This document shows, in pieces, positions 14,348 through 28,332 of a stretch of 64,000 nt of DNA (position 1 is the first letter of the stretch; each line of letters begins with the position of its first letter). The notes under the pieces were generated by a model, which saw nothing but the letters and a program-made list of their open reading frames with translations, was not told where the DNA came from and searched no databases. A program made the translations under genes and the position numbers. This DNA comes from the human T2T-CHM13v2.0 reference genome, Homo sapiens. The DNA is taken from the NCBI RefSeq assembly GCF_009914755.1, contig NC_060948.1; one strand, written 5' to 3'.

Positions 14348-14945
14348 TCAAGTTCCTGCTTGGCCCATCACAAACTAAGTAACCTTTATCGAGTTAACAT
14401 CTCTGACATCTATTTCTTCATCTGCAAAATGAGAATGATAAGAGTTCTTATGTACTATGTTGTGTTCACTCCCAAATTCATGTTTGAATTTCTAATCCTC
14501 AATTAATGGTCATTGGAGAAGAGGTCTTTGGGAGATAATTAGGTTTAGGTGATGTCATGAGAGTGAGGCAAATTTGTGCCTTTATCAAAAGGGACATCAG
14601 AGAATTCTCTCTCTCTCACACACACACACAACCACCACCCCGTCTCTTTTTTCTCTCTCTACCATATGATGACAGAGAGAGAATGTAGCCAGCTGGAAGC
14701 CAGGGAGAGAGCCCTCATTAGAATCCAACCATAGTGTCATAATTATCTCATACTTCTAGTCCCCAGTATTATAATAAATTAATTTTCTGTTGCTTAGCTA
14801 TCCAATTGATGATATTTTGTTATGGAAGCCTGAGCTGGCTAAAGAGTATCCAATTTTTAGGGTTGTAATGAAAATTAAATGAGAAAAAATATATAAAACA
14901 CGTAGTCCTTACTTCATATATAGTAAATGCATAGTAAAGATTATT
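14348..14945 (+). mobile_element. MIR SINE, split by the MLT1A LTR
   Basis: MIR core TTTCTTCATCTGCAAAATGAGAATGATAA before 14445 continues as TAGGGTTGTAATGAAAATTAAATGAGA after 14843. Confidence 0.6.
14446..14842 (+). mobile_element. MLT1A-like solo LTR (MaLR)
   Basis: CCCAAATTCATGTTTGAA...CTTTGGGAGATAATTAGG...AAGCCAGGGAGAGAGCCCTCA...TATTTTGTTATGGAAGCCTGAGCTGGCTAA; AGAGT on both sides. Confidence 0.75.
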
Positions 14946-15099
14946 TTCTAATACTATGACTAATTATTTTTGTTATTATTACCACTTGTATTGCATATAT
15001 CAGCTCAGTATGAATTTATCCACTACTTGCTGAATAATCCCTGAATGAAGAGACAATATAGTGCAATATTTGACAATGTGTGCCCTAAATCACACTTTG

Positions 15100-15232
15100 T
15101 TTTAATCAAGCTCACTCAGTATTTATTAGCTGAGGGATGTCAGTAAATAATTTAACCAGTCTGATGCTCAATTTTCTCATTTGTAAAATTGTGATGTTAA
15201 TCCTAATTATAATATGGGATTGTTGAGAATCA
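15100..15232 (+). mobile_element. MIR fragment
   Basis: CTCAATTTTCTCATTTGTAAAATTG...GGATTGTTGAGAAT resembles the MIR core. Confidence 0.5.
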
Positions 15233-15283
15233 TGTTATTTTGAAAGAATCCAAAACATTTTTAATCAGTAATCAATCAAATAA

Positions 15284-15630
<347 letters not shown>

Positions 15631-16253
15631 TAAAAAACTAGAGCCGAAATATGAGTCTTTAGGAAATCTTAAATGGGTAAAAAAAATATAAGAAAAAGTG
15701 ACTCTAAAGTGCTGCGTCATCAAGATAATCTATTGAGATGTGAAAAAAAATGAGAAGTTATTATTTATCTTCATGCAAACAATCAGGAACTAAATAGCCT
15801 TTACTAATATATTCTATACTAAGTAATATTAATATTCTCACTGGTTCTGTCAGAGTAACATGTAGCACCTGATTCTCACAGCACACTGAGGGCAGAATTA
15901 CAGCTCCGTGAGACAGAGGAAGTCATAAAGGCAATTTTTCCCCTTATATCATATTGTAAAATCAGTCAAATTAATTTGCCTATTTGAGTGGAGTTACCAG
16001 TTATAATACCTTGTTTTAATTAAAGGCACCCTTACAAAACAGAAAAGTGTATTTAAAACGTTGTTACAATGTAACCATGTATTGAAGATACTATATATAG
16101 AATAACAAGAAAATAGCAAGGGAATAGCAGAGCTGAAATATGTACTACTATTATGATGTTTAGTAAGCCTTGTAACAGAGAAAAATAATAATTATTTAAT
16201 CGGATTTGTTATGTTCATTGATATTGTTGTCACCAGATTTGTTATTGTTATAA

Positions 16254-18435
16254 GAGGCATACCTCCGAGATAGTGCAGGTTGGTTTCCAGATGACCACAA
16301 TGAAGTGAATATCACAATAAACGGAGTCGCACATTTTTTTGTTTCCCAGTGCACACAAATGTTTTGTTTACGCTATGCTGTAATCTATTAAGTCTGCCAC
16401 AGAATTGTGTAAATAAACAACGTACATACCTTAATTTAAAAATACATTATTGCTAAAATATGCTAATGATAATTTGAGCCTTCAGCAAATCATAATCCTT
16501 TTGTTGGTGAAGAGTCTTGCTGTGATGTTGATGGCTGCTGAGTAATCAGGATATTGGTCCCTGAAGATTGGGAAGGCTGTGGCAATTTCTTAAAATAAGG
16601 CAACAATGAAGTTTGCAGCATTGATTAACTCTTTCTTTCATGGGTGATTTCTCTGTAGTAGGTGATGTCTTTTTATCTGCAATAGAGTTTCTTTTACAAT
16701 TGAAGTCAATCCTCTCAAACCCTGCCATTGCTTTACCAACTAAGCCTACGTAATATTACAAATCCTTTATTGTTATTTCAGCTTTGTTGATTGCATCTTC
16801 ATAAGGAATAGACTCCCTTTCAAGAAACCACTTTCTTTGCTCATCCATAGGAAACAAATACTCATTCACTCACGTATTTCGCAAGATTTCTGTAACTTAG
16901 TTATAGCTTCAGGCTCCATTATTGTAGTTATCTTAGTATTTCCACCACATCTGCAGTTACTTTTCTCACTGAAGGCCTGAATACATCAAAGTCAGCCATG
17001 AGGGATGGAATCAACTTTTTTCCAAATTCTTGTCAGTGTTCATATTTCAGCTTTCTCTGATGAATCACAAATGTTCTAGCATCTAGAATGATGAATCCTT
17101 TCTAGGAAATTTTCAATTTCCTTTGCCCAGATCTGTCAGAGGAATCGCTGTCTATGGCAGCTATAGCCTTACAAAATGTACATCTGAAATATAAAATTTG
17201 AATGTCAAAATTATACCTTGATCCATGGGCTGCAGGATGGATGTTGTATTAGTAGGCATGAAAACATGTTTAATCTACTGTATATTTCCATCAGAGCCCT
17301 TGGGTAACCAGATGCATTTCAATGAGCAGTAATATTCTGAAAGGAATCTTTTTTTTTTAGCAGTAGGTACAAACAGTGGGCTTAAATTATTCAAGAAACC
17401 ATGTTGTACACAGTTGGGTTGTCATCTGGACCTTGTTGTCCCATTTACAGAGCACAGGCAGAGTCAATTTAGCATAATTCTTAAGGGTGCTAGGATTTTC
17501 ATAACAGCTGGTTGTATTGCTGCATATTGCTAATATTCAATTTACGCTCATTAAGCTCACCTTAACCTCAGTGAGGTTTCAACAGAAAGTCATCAGCTGC
17601 ATCAGTCCTTAATAGGAGAGATAGCCTGTCCTTTGAAGTTTTGAAGCCAGTCATTCACTTCTCCTCTCTAGCTATGAAAGACCTAGAGGATATCTTATTC
17701 GAATAGACAGTGTTTTGTGTCTGTTGAAAAATCTGGCTTTGTTTTGTTAGGGCCTTATCTGTATCTTTCTTCATATCAGCAAAAAAGCTGTTTCCCTTTT
17801 CTATCATTTATGTGTTCACTAGAATAGCACTTTTAATTTTCTTCAATGGCTTTTCTTTTGCATTCGCAACTTGGCTGTTTGGTAAAAGAGGCCTAGATTT
17901 CAGCCTGTCTTGGCTTTGGACATGCCTTCCTCACTAAGCTTAAATATTTCTGGCTTTTTATTTAAAGTAAGAGATTTGTGAATCTTCTTTTAAACTTTAA
18001 TACTTAGAGGCCATTGTAGGATTATTAGTTGACCTAATTTCAATATTTTTGTGTATCAGGAAACAGGGATGCCTGAGAAGAAGGAGAGAGATGAGGGAAA
18101 TTTCAGTCAACGAAGCAGTCAGAACACCTATATTTATCAATTAAGTTTGCCATTTTATATGGGTGTGGTTCATGGTACCTCCAAATAATTTAATTAGTAA
18201 CATCAAAGATCACTAATCACAGATCACCATAATATATATAGTGATAATGCAAATGTTTGACATATTATCAGAATCACCAAAATGTGACCCAGAGACAGAA
18301 AGTGAGTACAGGCTATTGGAAAAATAATGCCAATAGATTTGTTGAATGCATGGTTGCCACAAACCTTCTATTTGCAAAAAACACGAGATCCATGAAGAGT
18401 AATAAAGTAAAGTGTAATAAGACAAGATATGCCTG
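16254..18435 (-). mobile_element. Tigger1 DNA transposon, near full length, decayed transposase
   Basis: Both TIRs visible (GAGGCATACCTC at the left, GATATGCCTG+TA at the right). Body collinear with Tigger1. About 2.18 kb against a ~2.4 kb consensus, so it carries an internal deletion. No intact transposase ORF. Confidence 0.9.
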
Positions 18436-19830
18436 TATATGTATGGTGCAATCACTATATGTTATTGCTACTGTTTTTGCTCATTATATTACTGCATGTT
18501 GCTAATATTTTCAATATCAGCAAAGATATTGTGTCATTGATTTTTCTCATACTTTTTCTATCTTTCAAACATTATAATATATAGTAATATATAGTAGAGT
18601 AGATCATTAGTATGAGCTAGTTATATATATACATATATACATACAGACATATATAAGACTGCTTGCTAACTTTTAAAATAATGTAATATTATGAAGTTTG
18701 ATGAATATTACCTTAAAGGCCAATAATTTATCTAATCAGGATATTCCTACACAAGGTTATTTAAATCTCATACACTAATTAATTTGGAAAGATATAAAAT
18801 TGATCTTTTATTAAATTGTATTTTAATGAATGCGAACTGTGATGTTGGAACACATCCTCAAATTATCTTAAAAGCTGCACAAACTTCCAGTTTCTGGTGT
18901 TGCATATAAGCATCTCAGAAGTTACCACTCCATCTGAAAATAAAAAGCTGAACAGACTGGAAGATCAGCAATTAAGAACATAGTTGAACTTAACAGTACC
19001 ATCAATCAAGCAAATATAATTAATATTTATAGTGTACTTCATCCAATAGCAGCAAAATACACATTCTTCTCAAGCTCACATATAAAAGTCACCAGCAGAG
19101 GTGATATTTTAGACTATAAAATATGCCTTAATGAATTGAAAGTAATAGAAATTATACAAAGTATGCTCTCAGGCAACAATAGAACTAAACTAGATATTAA
19201 TTGTAGAGAGATAACTGGAAAATTCCAAAATCTCTAGAGATTAAACAAGACAATAATATATGGGCCACAGAATAAATCTCAAGATAATTTAAAATATTTT
19301 GTACTAAATGAAAATAAATATACAACTTTTGAGAACTGTGGAATGTAGCAAAAGTGTTTTTGCATTGGAAAATTTTAGCATTTAATGCATATATTAGAAA
19401 AGAAGAAAGATCTAAAATGAACTTTCTAAGTTTACAACTTAGGAAACTAGAAAAATATGAGCAAATTAAATTCAAAGTAAGATGAAAAGAAAATTAGAAT
19501 TAGAGCAGAAATATAATTAAAAACAGAAAATCAATAGAGAAAATCAATACAACTAACAGGTGGTTCTTTGAAAAAGTTAACATAATTGATAAATCTTAAC
19601 TTAGTCTAACTAAAATAAAGGACACAAATTATTACTATAAGAACTAAAAGAGGGAACATCATTCCAATCCTATATACTAAAAGTATAATAACTCTATGCC
19701 TACACACAACCTAGAAGAAAGAGATAAATTCCTTGAAAGATAATGTGCCTAAACTCATACAAGAAAAAATAGAAAATCTGAAACAAACAACTCAATTTAA
19801 AAATGTGTTTTTATCTATTAAAAAAATTGA

Positions 19831-20161
<331 letters not shown>

Positions 20162-21201
20162 TCAATAATTACTGACTTACCAAAACAGAAAGCAGCAGGC
20201 CAGATGAATTCACTGTTGAATTTTACCGAACATCTAAGGAAGAAATTGTAACAATTCTCTAGAGTTGATTTCAGAAAAAGGAAGAGAGTTAATACCTCCT
20301 AACTGAGTCTATCAGGTCAGCGTTGTCTGACAAAGACCGGACTAAGAGATAACATGAAACAAAAACTGCAGACCAGTATCTTTTACAAATCAAACCCAAC
20401 AATGTATATAAAGAATTATATGACATAAAAAAGTATGATTTATCCCAGGTATGCAAAGTTGGTTCAACATTTTAAAATCAATTAATAAAATACTTTACAT
20501 CCACAAGATAATTTTTAAGGTAAAAAATATTTAAAATTGCTTAAAAATTTACATGAATATAACTATAGATGCAGAAAAAAATATTTGACAAAACTGTAAA
20601 GACTACTTTTGCTTCATAAATGCTGAAAGCTCTCAGTGAAGAAAGAATAGTCGGGAACTTCCCACAATCCTTTAAAGAATATATACAAAAATATCTCTAT
20701 AGCTAGCATTATACTTAATGATGAGAAACTCAAAACTTTTTCAGTAAGATCAGAAACAAGGAAAGGATGTCCTCTCTCACTACTCCTTTTCAGCATTACA
20801 TTGGAAGTATTAGTGAATGTAGTAAGACAAGAATATAAAATAAAATATTTATAAATTTAGAAGGAAGTCCTTGTTCCCAGATTACATGAACATCTATGTA
20901 GAAAACCTGAAAAGTTTAACAAAAAATAAACAATTATAGTAAACAATATAACTAATAAACAACTATAGTAATGTTCCAAGATGTAAGGTTAATATACAAA
21001 AGTCAATCACTTTTGTATTTACCATTAATGAACAAATAGAATTTACAATGAAACACACAGTGCCATTGACATTAGTATACAAAAAAACTAAAATATTTAG
21101 GTAGAAATCTAATAAAATATAGATAAAATTTATATGATGAAAACTATAAAACTCTTTTGAATGGAATTAAAGAAGAGCTAAGTAAATAGAGAGGTAGTCT
21201 G

Positions 21202-21597
21202 TGATATGGTTCGGCTCTGTATCCCCACATAAATCTCAACTAAAATTGTAATCTCCAGGCATCAAGGGAGGGACCTGGTGGCAGGTGATTTGATCATAAG
21301 GGTGGTTTTCACCATGCTGTTCTTATGATAGTGGGTAAGTTCTCATGAAATCTGATGGCTTTATGTGTTTGATAGTTTCTCCTACATACAAACACACACA
21401 CACACACACACACACTCTCTCTCTCTCTCTCTCACCTGCCACCTTGTAAGATGTGACTGCTTCCTTTTCTACCATGATTGTAAATTTCCTGAGGCCTCCC
21501 AAGCTATGCAGAACTATGAGTAAATTAAACCTCCTTTCTTTCTAAATTACCCAGTATTGGCTAGTTCTTTAGAGCAGTGTGAGAATGAACAAATACT
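21202..21597 (+). mobile_element. THE1D-like solo LTR (MaLR) inserted in L1MC ORF2
   Basis: TGATATGGTTCGGCTCTGTATCCCCAC...AATTAAACCTC...GCAGTGTGAGAATGAACAAATAC; perfect 5-bp TSD GTCTG (21197-21201, 21598-21602); internal (CA)n(CT)n. Confidence 0.9.
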
Positions 21598-24306
21598 GTC
21601 TGAGATCATGGATAGAAAGACTCAATATTGTCAACATGTCAGTTCTTCTCAATTTTATCTAGAAATTAAATGCAATACCAATAAAAATCTCAGCAGCTGT
21701 TTTTGTGAATATTAACAAAATGTTTGCAAAGTTCATATGAAGAGGCAAAAGATCTAGAATAGCCAACACAATATTGAAGAAAAATAATAAAGTTGGAGGA
21801 CTGACACTACCTGACTTAAAGATATACTATACAGCTACCATAAAAAAGGAAGTATGGTATTGACAAAATAATAGACAAAAAGATTTACAGAAAAGAATAG
21901 AAAGCCCAGAAGTATATCTACATAATATTTAGTCAACCCATCTTTGGCAAAGTGGCCAAGACAATACAACAGGGCAAAAATAGTCTTTTCAATAAATAAG
22001 TAATGCTGAATTACCTGGACATTGGACATTCTTATGCAAAAGAAAAATATATAATCTAGACATTGACCTGACACCTTTAAAAAATTACATTAAAATGGAT
22101 TACAGACCTAAATATAAAATGCAAAACTATTAGAATTTTAGAAGATAACATGGGAGAAAACTTACTTGACCTTGGGTATGCTGATAGCTTATTACATACA
22201 ACACAAGAGGCATGATTGAGGAAATAAATAATTAAAGGGAAGATTTTTTTCAAATCAAAAAACTCCTTTGCAAAAGACAATGTTAAGAAAATGAGAAAAC
22301 AAGCCTCAGACAGAGAAAAATATTTGCAAAAGACACATCTGATAAAGAAACGTTATCTAATGTATACAAACAACCCTTGAAATTCAACAATAAGAAAACA
22401 ACCCAATTAAAAAGTAAGACAAAGATCTGAACACATACCACAACAAAGAAAATATACAGATGGTCAATAATCGTATGAAAGATGCTCTACTATGTCATAA
22501 ATGAAGTACAAATTAAAACAATGAAATAACACCACATATACATTAGAATGGCCATTATTTGGAACACTAACACCACCAAATGCTGGTAAGAATGTAGAGC
22601 AACAGGAACTCTTATTGCTGATGGAAATGTAAAATGACATATAGTCACTTTGCGGAAGAGTTTTCTCTTTTGTTTTTTGTTATTTTGTTTTACAAAACTA
22701 AATACACTCTTACTATATAATCCAGCAATTGGGATCCTTGTTGTTTACCCAAAGGAGTTAAAATCTCATGTTCACACAATAACATGCACACAGATGTTTA
22801 GAGCAGCTTTATTTATAATTTCCAAAATTTGGAAACAATGAAGGCATCACTCAGTAGGTAAATTAATAGATAAACTTTGGTATATCCAGATAAGAAAACA
22901 TTACTAAACACTCAAAAAAAAAAAAAAAACTCAAGCTGTAAAAAACATGAAGGCATCATCATTGTATATTAGAAAGTACAAAAGCCAATCTGAAAAGGCT
23001 TCATACTGTAAGATTCTGACTATGATATTCTAGAAAAGCTATGGAGACAGTAAAAATATTAGTGGTTTACAGTAATTTAGGGGACGGAGAAATCAATAGG
23101 TAAACCACCAAGGAGTTTTAGAGCAGTGAACATATTCTATGTGATACTATAATCATGAATACATTAATTTAAAAACATTATACATTCTTAAATCTATAAA
23201 AGATATACCAAATGTGAGCCCTACTGTAAACTATTGACTTGGGGTGACTATAATGTGCCAATGGAGGTTCATCAATTATAGCAAATGTATCAGTTTATTG
23301 AGGAATGTTGGTAACCACAGAGGCTATACATGCCTAGGGGTAGATAAAAACTTTGTATCTTTCAGTTTTGGTGTGAAACTAAAACTGCAATTTCAAAAAA
23401 ACATAAATTAAAAAAGGTCTTTAAAAATAGAACTACCTCCAGAAAATTTTACTTCTGTTTGATGAAATATAAGAAGCAGAAATAAAGCAACTGGAACTAA
23501 CAACAACAGCAGAACTACAACCAAGAACCCTCACAGAGTCCACTTTACTTGCCTGCTACCTCCACTGGAACAGGTAGTGGTATCCGTGGCTGAGAGATCT
23601 GAAGATGGATCATATCCCAGGGCTCTTTGCAGGCTTTCAGAGAGCCCCATCTCTAGGGGAAGGAGGAGAGCACCTCACTGAGGGAACATCTCATGGGACA
23701 AAAGAATCTGAACAACAGCCCTTGAGCCACAGATCTTCCCTTTGGCATAGTCTATCCAAATGAGAAGAAACCAGAAAATCAGATTTGGTAATATGACAAA
23801 ACAAGGTTGCTTACCATCCCCAAAAGATAACACTAGCTCATGAGCAATGAATGCAAACCAAAATAAATAAATAAATAAATAAAGAATCTCTGAATTGCCA
23901 GAAAAAAAACATAGAAGGTCAATTATTAAGCTACTCAAGGAGGCACCAGAGAAAGGTGAATACCAACCTGAATAAATCAGAGAAAACCACAGGATATGGA
24001 CAGAAAAATATCCAGAAAACTAGATAAGATAAATAAAAAACAATCACAACTTCTGGAAATGAGGAAAACACATACAGAAATGCAAAATACAGAAAGTCTC
24101 AGCAATCGAATCAAACAAGTAGAAGAAATAACTTCAAAGCTCAAACAAAAGGCTTTTGAAATAACTCAACCCAACAAAGACAAATAAAAATAATATAAAA
24201 AAATAAGCAGAGACTCCAAGAATATTCGGATTATATTAAATGACAAAACCTAAGAATGATTACTATTCCTGAGGAAGAAGAGAAATCTAAAAGTTTGGAA
24301 AATATA

Positions 24307-24350
24307 TTAGGGTAATGGCAAAAACTGGAATTACTTTTGCACCAAACTTT
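24307..24350. mobile_element. MADE1 (Hsmar1-derived MITE), internally deleted, inserted at a TA in L1PB ORF1
   Basis: TTAGG + GTAATGGCAAAAACTGGAATTACTTTTGCACCAAAC matches the first 5 nt and right arm of MADE1. It interrupts the L1 sequence GGAAAATATA|TTTGAAGAAATAATC. Confidence 0.8.
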
Positions 24351-26464
24351 ATATTTGAAGAAATAATCAAGGAAAACTTTTCTGGCCTTGCTAGCGGCTT
24401 AGACAGCCAAAAACAAAATGATCAAAAAACATCTAGAAAATTCATTGCAAAAAGAACATCACCTAGGGACATAGGCTTCAGGTTATCTAAAGTTAAAATA
24501 AAGAAAGGAATCTTAAGAGTTTTGAGGCAAAACTGTCAGGTAACCTATAAAGGAAAACCTTTATAAGATTAACAACAGATTTTTTTAGTAGAAACCCTAC
24601 AAGCTATAAGGGACAGGATCCTATCTTTAGCCTCCTTAAATAAAAACAATTATCAGCCAAGAATTTTGTGTGCAGCAAAACTAAGCTTCATAAATGAAAA
24701 AATATAGACAGCCTTTTTCAGACAAATACTGAGATAATTCACCATGACCAAGCCAGCACTACAAGAACTAATAAAATCAGCTCTAAGTCATAAAACAAAT
24801 CCACGAAATACACTGAAATAGAACCTTAAAGCACAAATCTCATCGGACCTATAAAACAATAACACAAAGAAGAAAATCATTTATGCGACAACAAGCATGA
24901 TGAATAGAATAGTGCCTCACATCTAAATACTAATGTTGAATATAAATGGTCTAAATGCTCCACTTAAAAGATACAGAATGGCAGAATGGATAAAAATTCA
25001 CCAAACAAGTATCTTCTGTCTTCAACAGAAACACCTAAAACATGAGGACCCACATTAACTTAAGGTAAAGGGGTGGAAAAAGATATTCCATGCAAATTGA
25101 CACCAAAAGTGAGCATGAGTAGCTATTTTTATGTCAGAAAAAACAGACTTTAAAGCAACAGCTAAAAAAGACAAAGAGGGACACTACATAATGATTAAAA
25201 ATAACCAGTCCAACAGGAAAACATCACAATTTTAAATATATATGAACCTGACAATGGAGCTCCCAAATTTATAAAGCAATTATGACTAGACTTAAGAAAT
25301 GAGGTAGACAGTAACACAATAATAGTGGGGGACTTCAATACTCCACTGACAGCACTAGGCAGGTCATCAAGTCAGAAAGTCAACAAAGATACAATGGACT
25401 CAAACTATACCCTAGAACAAATGGACTTAATAGATATTTACAGAACATTCTACCCAACAACTGCAGAATATATATTCTATTAATCAGCACATGGAACATT
25501 CTCCAAGATAGAGCATATGATAGACCACAAAATAAGTCTCAATAAATTAAAGAAAATAGAAATTATATCAAGCACTCTCTCAGCCCACAGTGGGATAACA
25601 TTGGAAATCAACACCTAAAGGAAACCTTGAAATCTTGCAAATACATAGAAATTAAATAACCTTCCCATGAATGATTATTGAGTCAGCAATAAAATTAAGA
25701 TGACAATTAAAAATTTATTTAAACTGAATGGTAATAGTAACACAACCTATCAAAACCTCTGGTATACAGCAAAAGTGGTGCTAAGAGGAAAGTTCATAAC
25801 ATTGAATGCCTATGTCAAAAAGTCTGAAAATGCACAATAGAGATTCTAAGGTTACACATCAAGGAACTAGAGAAACAAGAAAAAACCAAACCCAACAGAA
25901 GAAAAAAAAAACAACAAAGATAAGAGAAGAACTAAATGAAATTGAAACAACACCAAAAAACACAATACAAAGGAAAAATAAAATGAAAAGCTGGTTCATT
26001 GAAAAGGTAAAATTGACAGATCATTAACAAGATTAAGAAGAAAGAAAATCCAAATAAGCTCAATTAGAAATGAAATGGGAGATATTACAACCAATACCGT
26101 GGAAATACAAAAGATCATTCAAGGTTACCCTGAACACCTTTACATGCACAAACTAGAAAACCTAGAGAAGACTGAAAAATTCCTAAAAATATACAACTCT
26201 CCTAGATTAAACCAGGAAGACATGGAAACTCTAAACAGACCAGTAAAAAGCAGTGGGATTGAAATGGCAATTTAAAAAAATTGCCAACAACAACAACAAA
26301 AAGCCCAGGACCAGAAAAATTCACAGCAGAATTCTATCAGGCATTCAAACAAGAATTGGTGCCAATCCTTTTGAGATTATTTCAAAAAAATAGAGAAAGA
26401 GGGAATCCTCCCTCAATCATTCTATGAAGCCAGTATTACCCCAATACTAATCAGGAAAGGATAT

Positions 26465-26492
26465 AACAACAACAACAACAACAACAACAACA
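26465..26492. repeat. (CAA)n microsatellite in L1PB ORF2
   Basis: Direct reading: about 9 CAA units. Confidence 0.9.
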
Positions 26493-28332
26493 AAAACTAC
26501 AGATCAATATCTGTGATGAAGCTACAAGCAAAAACTCTCAACAAAATACCAGTTAACCAAATCCAACAGCATATCACAAAGACAATACACCATGATCAAG
26601 TGGGTTTTCTTTGAGGGATGCAGGGATGGTTTAACATATGTAAATTAATTAATGTGATACACCAAATTAACAGAATTAAAAACAAAAATTACATGATCAT
26701 CTTAATAGATGAAGAAAAAGCATTTGACAAAATCCAGCATCCCTGTATGATAAAACCCTCAGCAAAATTGGGATACAAGGGACATACTATAAGGTAATAA
26801 AAGCCGTCTATGACAAATCCACAGCCAACGCTATACTGAACAGGGAAAAGTTGAAGGCATTCCCCCTGAGAACTGGAACAAGACAGGGATGCCCACTTTC
26901 ACCACATTTATTCGACATAGTACTGAAAGTCCTAACTAGAGCAATCAGACAAGAGAAAAAAAATAAAGGGCATCCAAATTGGTGAAGAGGAAGTCAAACT
27001 GTTGCTATTTGCCAATGATATGATTCTATATCTATAAAACCCTAAAGACAAATCCAAAAAGATCCTAGAACTAATAAATTAATTCAGTAAAGTTTCAGCA
27101 TACAAAATCAATGTACGAGAATAAGTAGCACTGCTGCACATTAACAGTGACCAAGAAGATAATCAAACCAAGAATTCAACCTCTTTTACAATAGCTGCAA
27201 AAAATAAAAATAAAATACTGAGGAAAGTACCTAACCAAGGAGGTGAAAGACCTCTACAAGGAAAATGACAAAACCCTGCTGAAAGAAATCATAGACATAC
27301 AAAAACAAATGAAAACACATTTCATGTTCATGGATGGGTAAAATCAACATTGTGAAAATGACCATACTGCCAAAAGCAATCTACAAATTCAGTGCAATTC
27401 CCATCAAAATACCACCATTGTTCTGCACAGAACTAGAGAAAACAATCCTAAAATTCATATTGATCCACAAAAGAGCCCACGTAGTCAAAGCAAGACTAAG
27501 CAAAGAGAACAAATCTGGAGGCATCACATTACCTGACTTCAAATTATACTGTAAGGATATAGTCACCAAAACAGCACAGTACTGGTATAAAAACAGGATA
27601 GAGAACCCAGAAATAAAGCCAAATACTTACAGTTAACTAATCTTCAACAAAGCAAATACAAACATGAATTGGGGAAAGGACATCCTATTCAACAATATAC
27701 TGTGACAATTGGCAAGCCAAAAGTAGAAGAATGAAACTGGATCCTCATCTCTCACCTTATACAAAAATCAACCCAAGATGAATCAAGGACTTAAATCTAA
27801 GACCTGAACCTGTAGAAATTCTCAAAGATAACTATGGAAAAATTCATCTAGACATTGGTTTAGGCAAAGATTTCATGACCAAGAACCCAAAAGCAAGTGC
27901 AACAAAAACAAGATAAATAGATATTACTTAATTAAACTAAAAAGCTTCTGCACAGCAAAAGAAATAATCAGCAGTGTAAACAGACAACTTACAGATTGGG
28001 AGAAAATCTTCACAAACCATGCATTTGACAAAGGACTAATATCCAGAATCTAAAAGGAACTCAATCAAATCAGCAAAATAAACAAACAATCCTATCAAAA
28101 AGTGGGATAGGGATATGATCAGACAATTCTCAAGAGAAGATACGCAAATTCCCAACAAACATATAAAAATACTCAGCATCATTAATTATCAGGGAAATGC
28201 TAATGAAAACCACGATGCAATACAACCTTACTTCTGCAAGAATGGACATAATAAAAAAAAATAGACTTTGGTGTGGATACGGTGAAAAAAGAACACTTTT
28301 ACACTGTTGGTAGGAATGAAAACTAGTAAAAT

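Noticed and set aside
16400-18010. Domesticated Tigger1 transposase gene
   Set aside because: No long ORF on the minus strand; an internal deletion and an insertion disrupt it.
20510-20549. Inverted repeat AATTTTTAAG...CTTAAAAATT inside L1MC
   Set aside because: A 10-bp, almost pure A/T stem is expected by chance in this composition.
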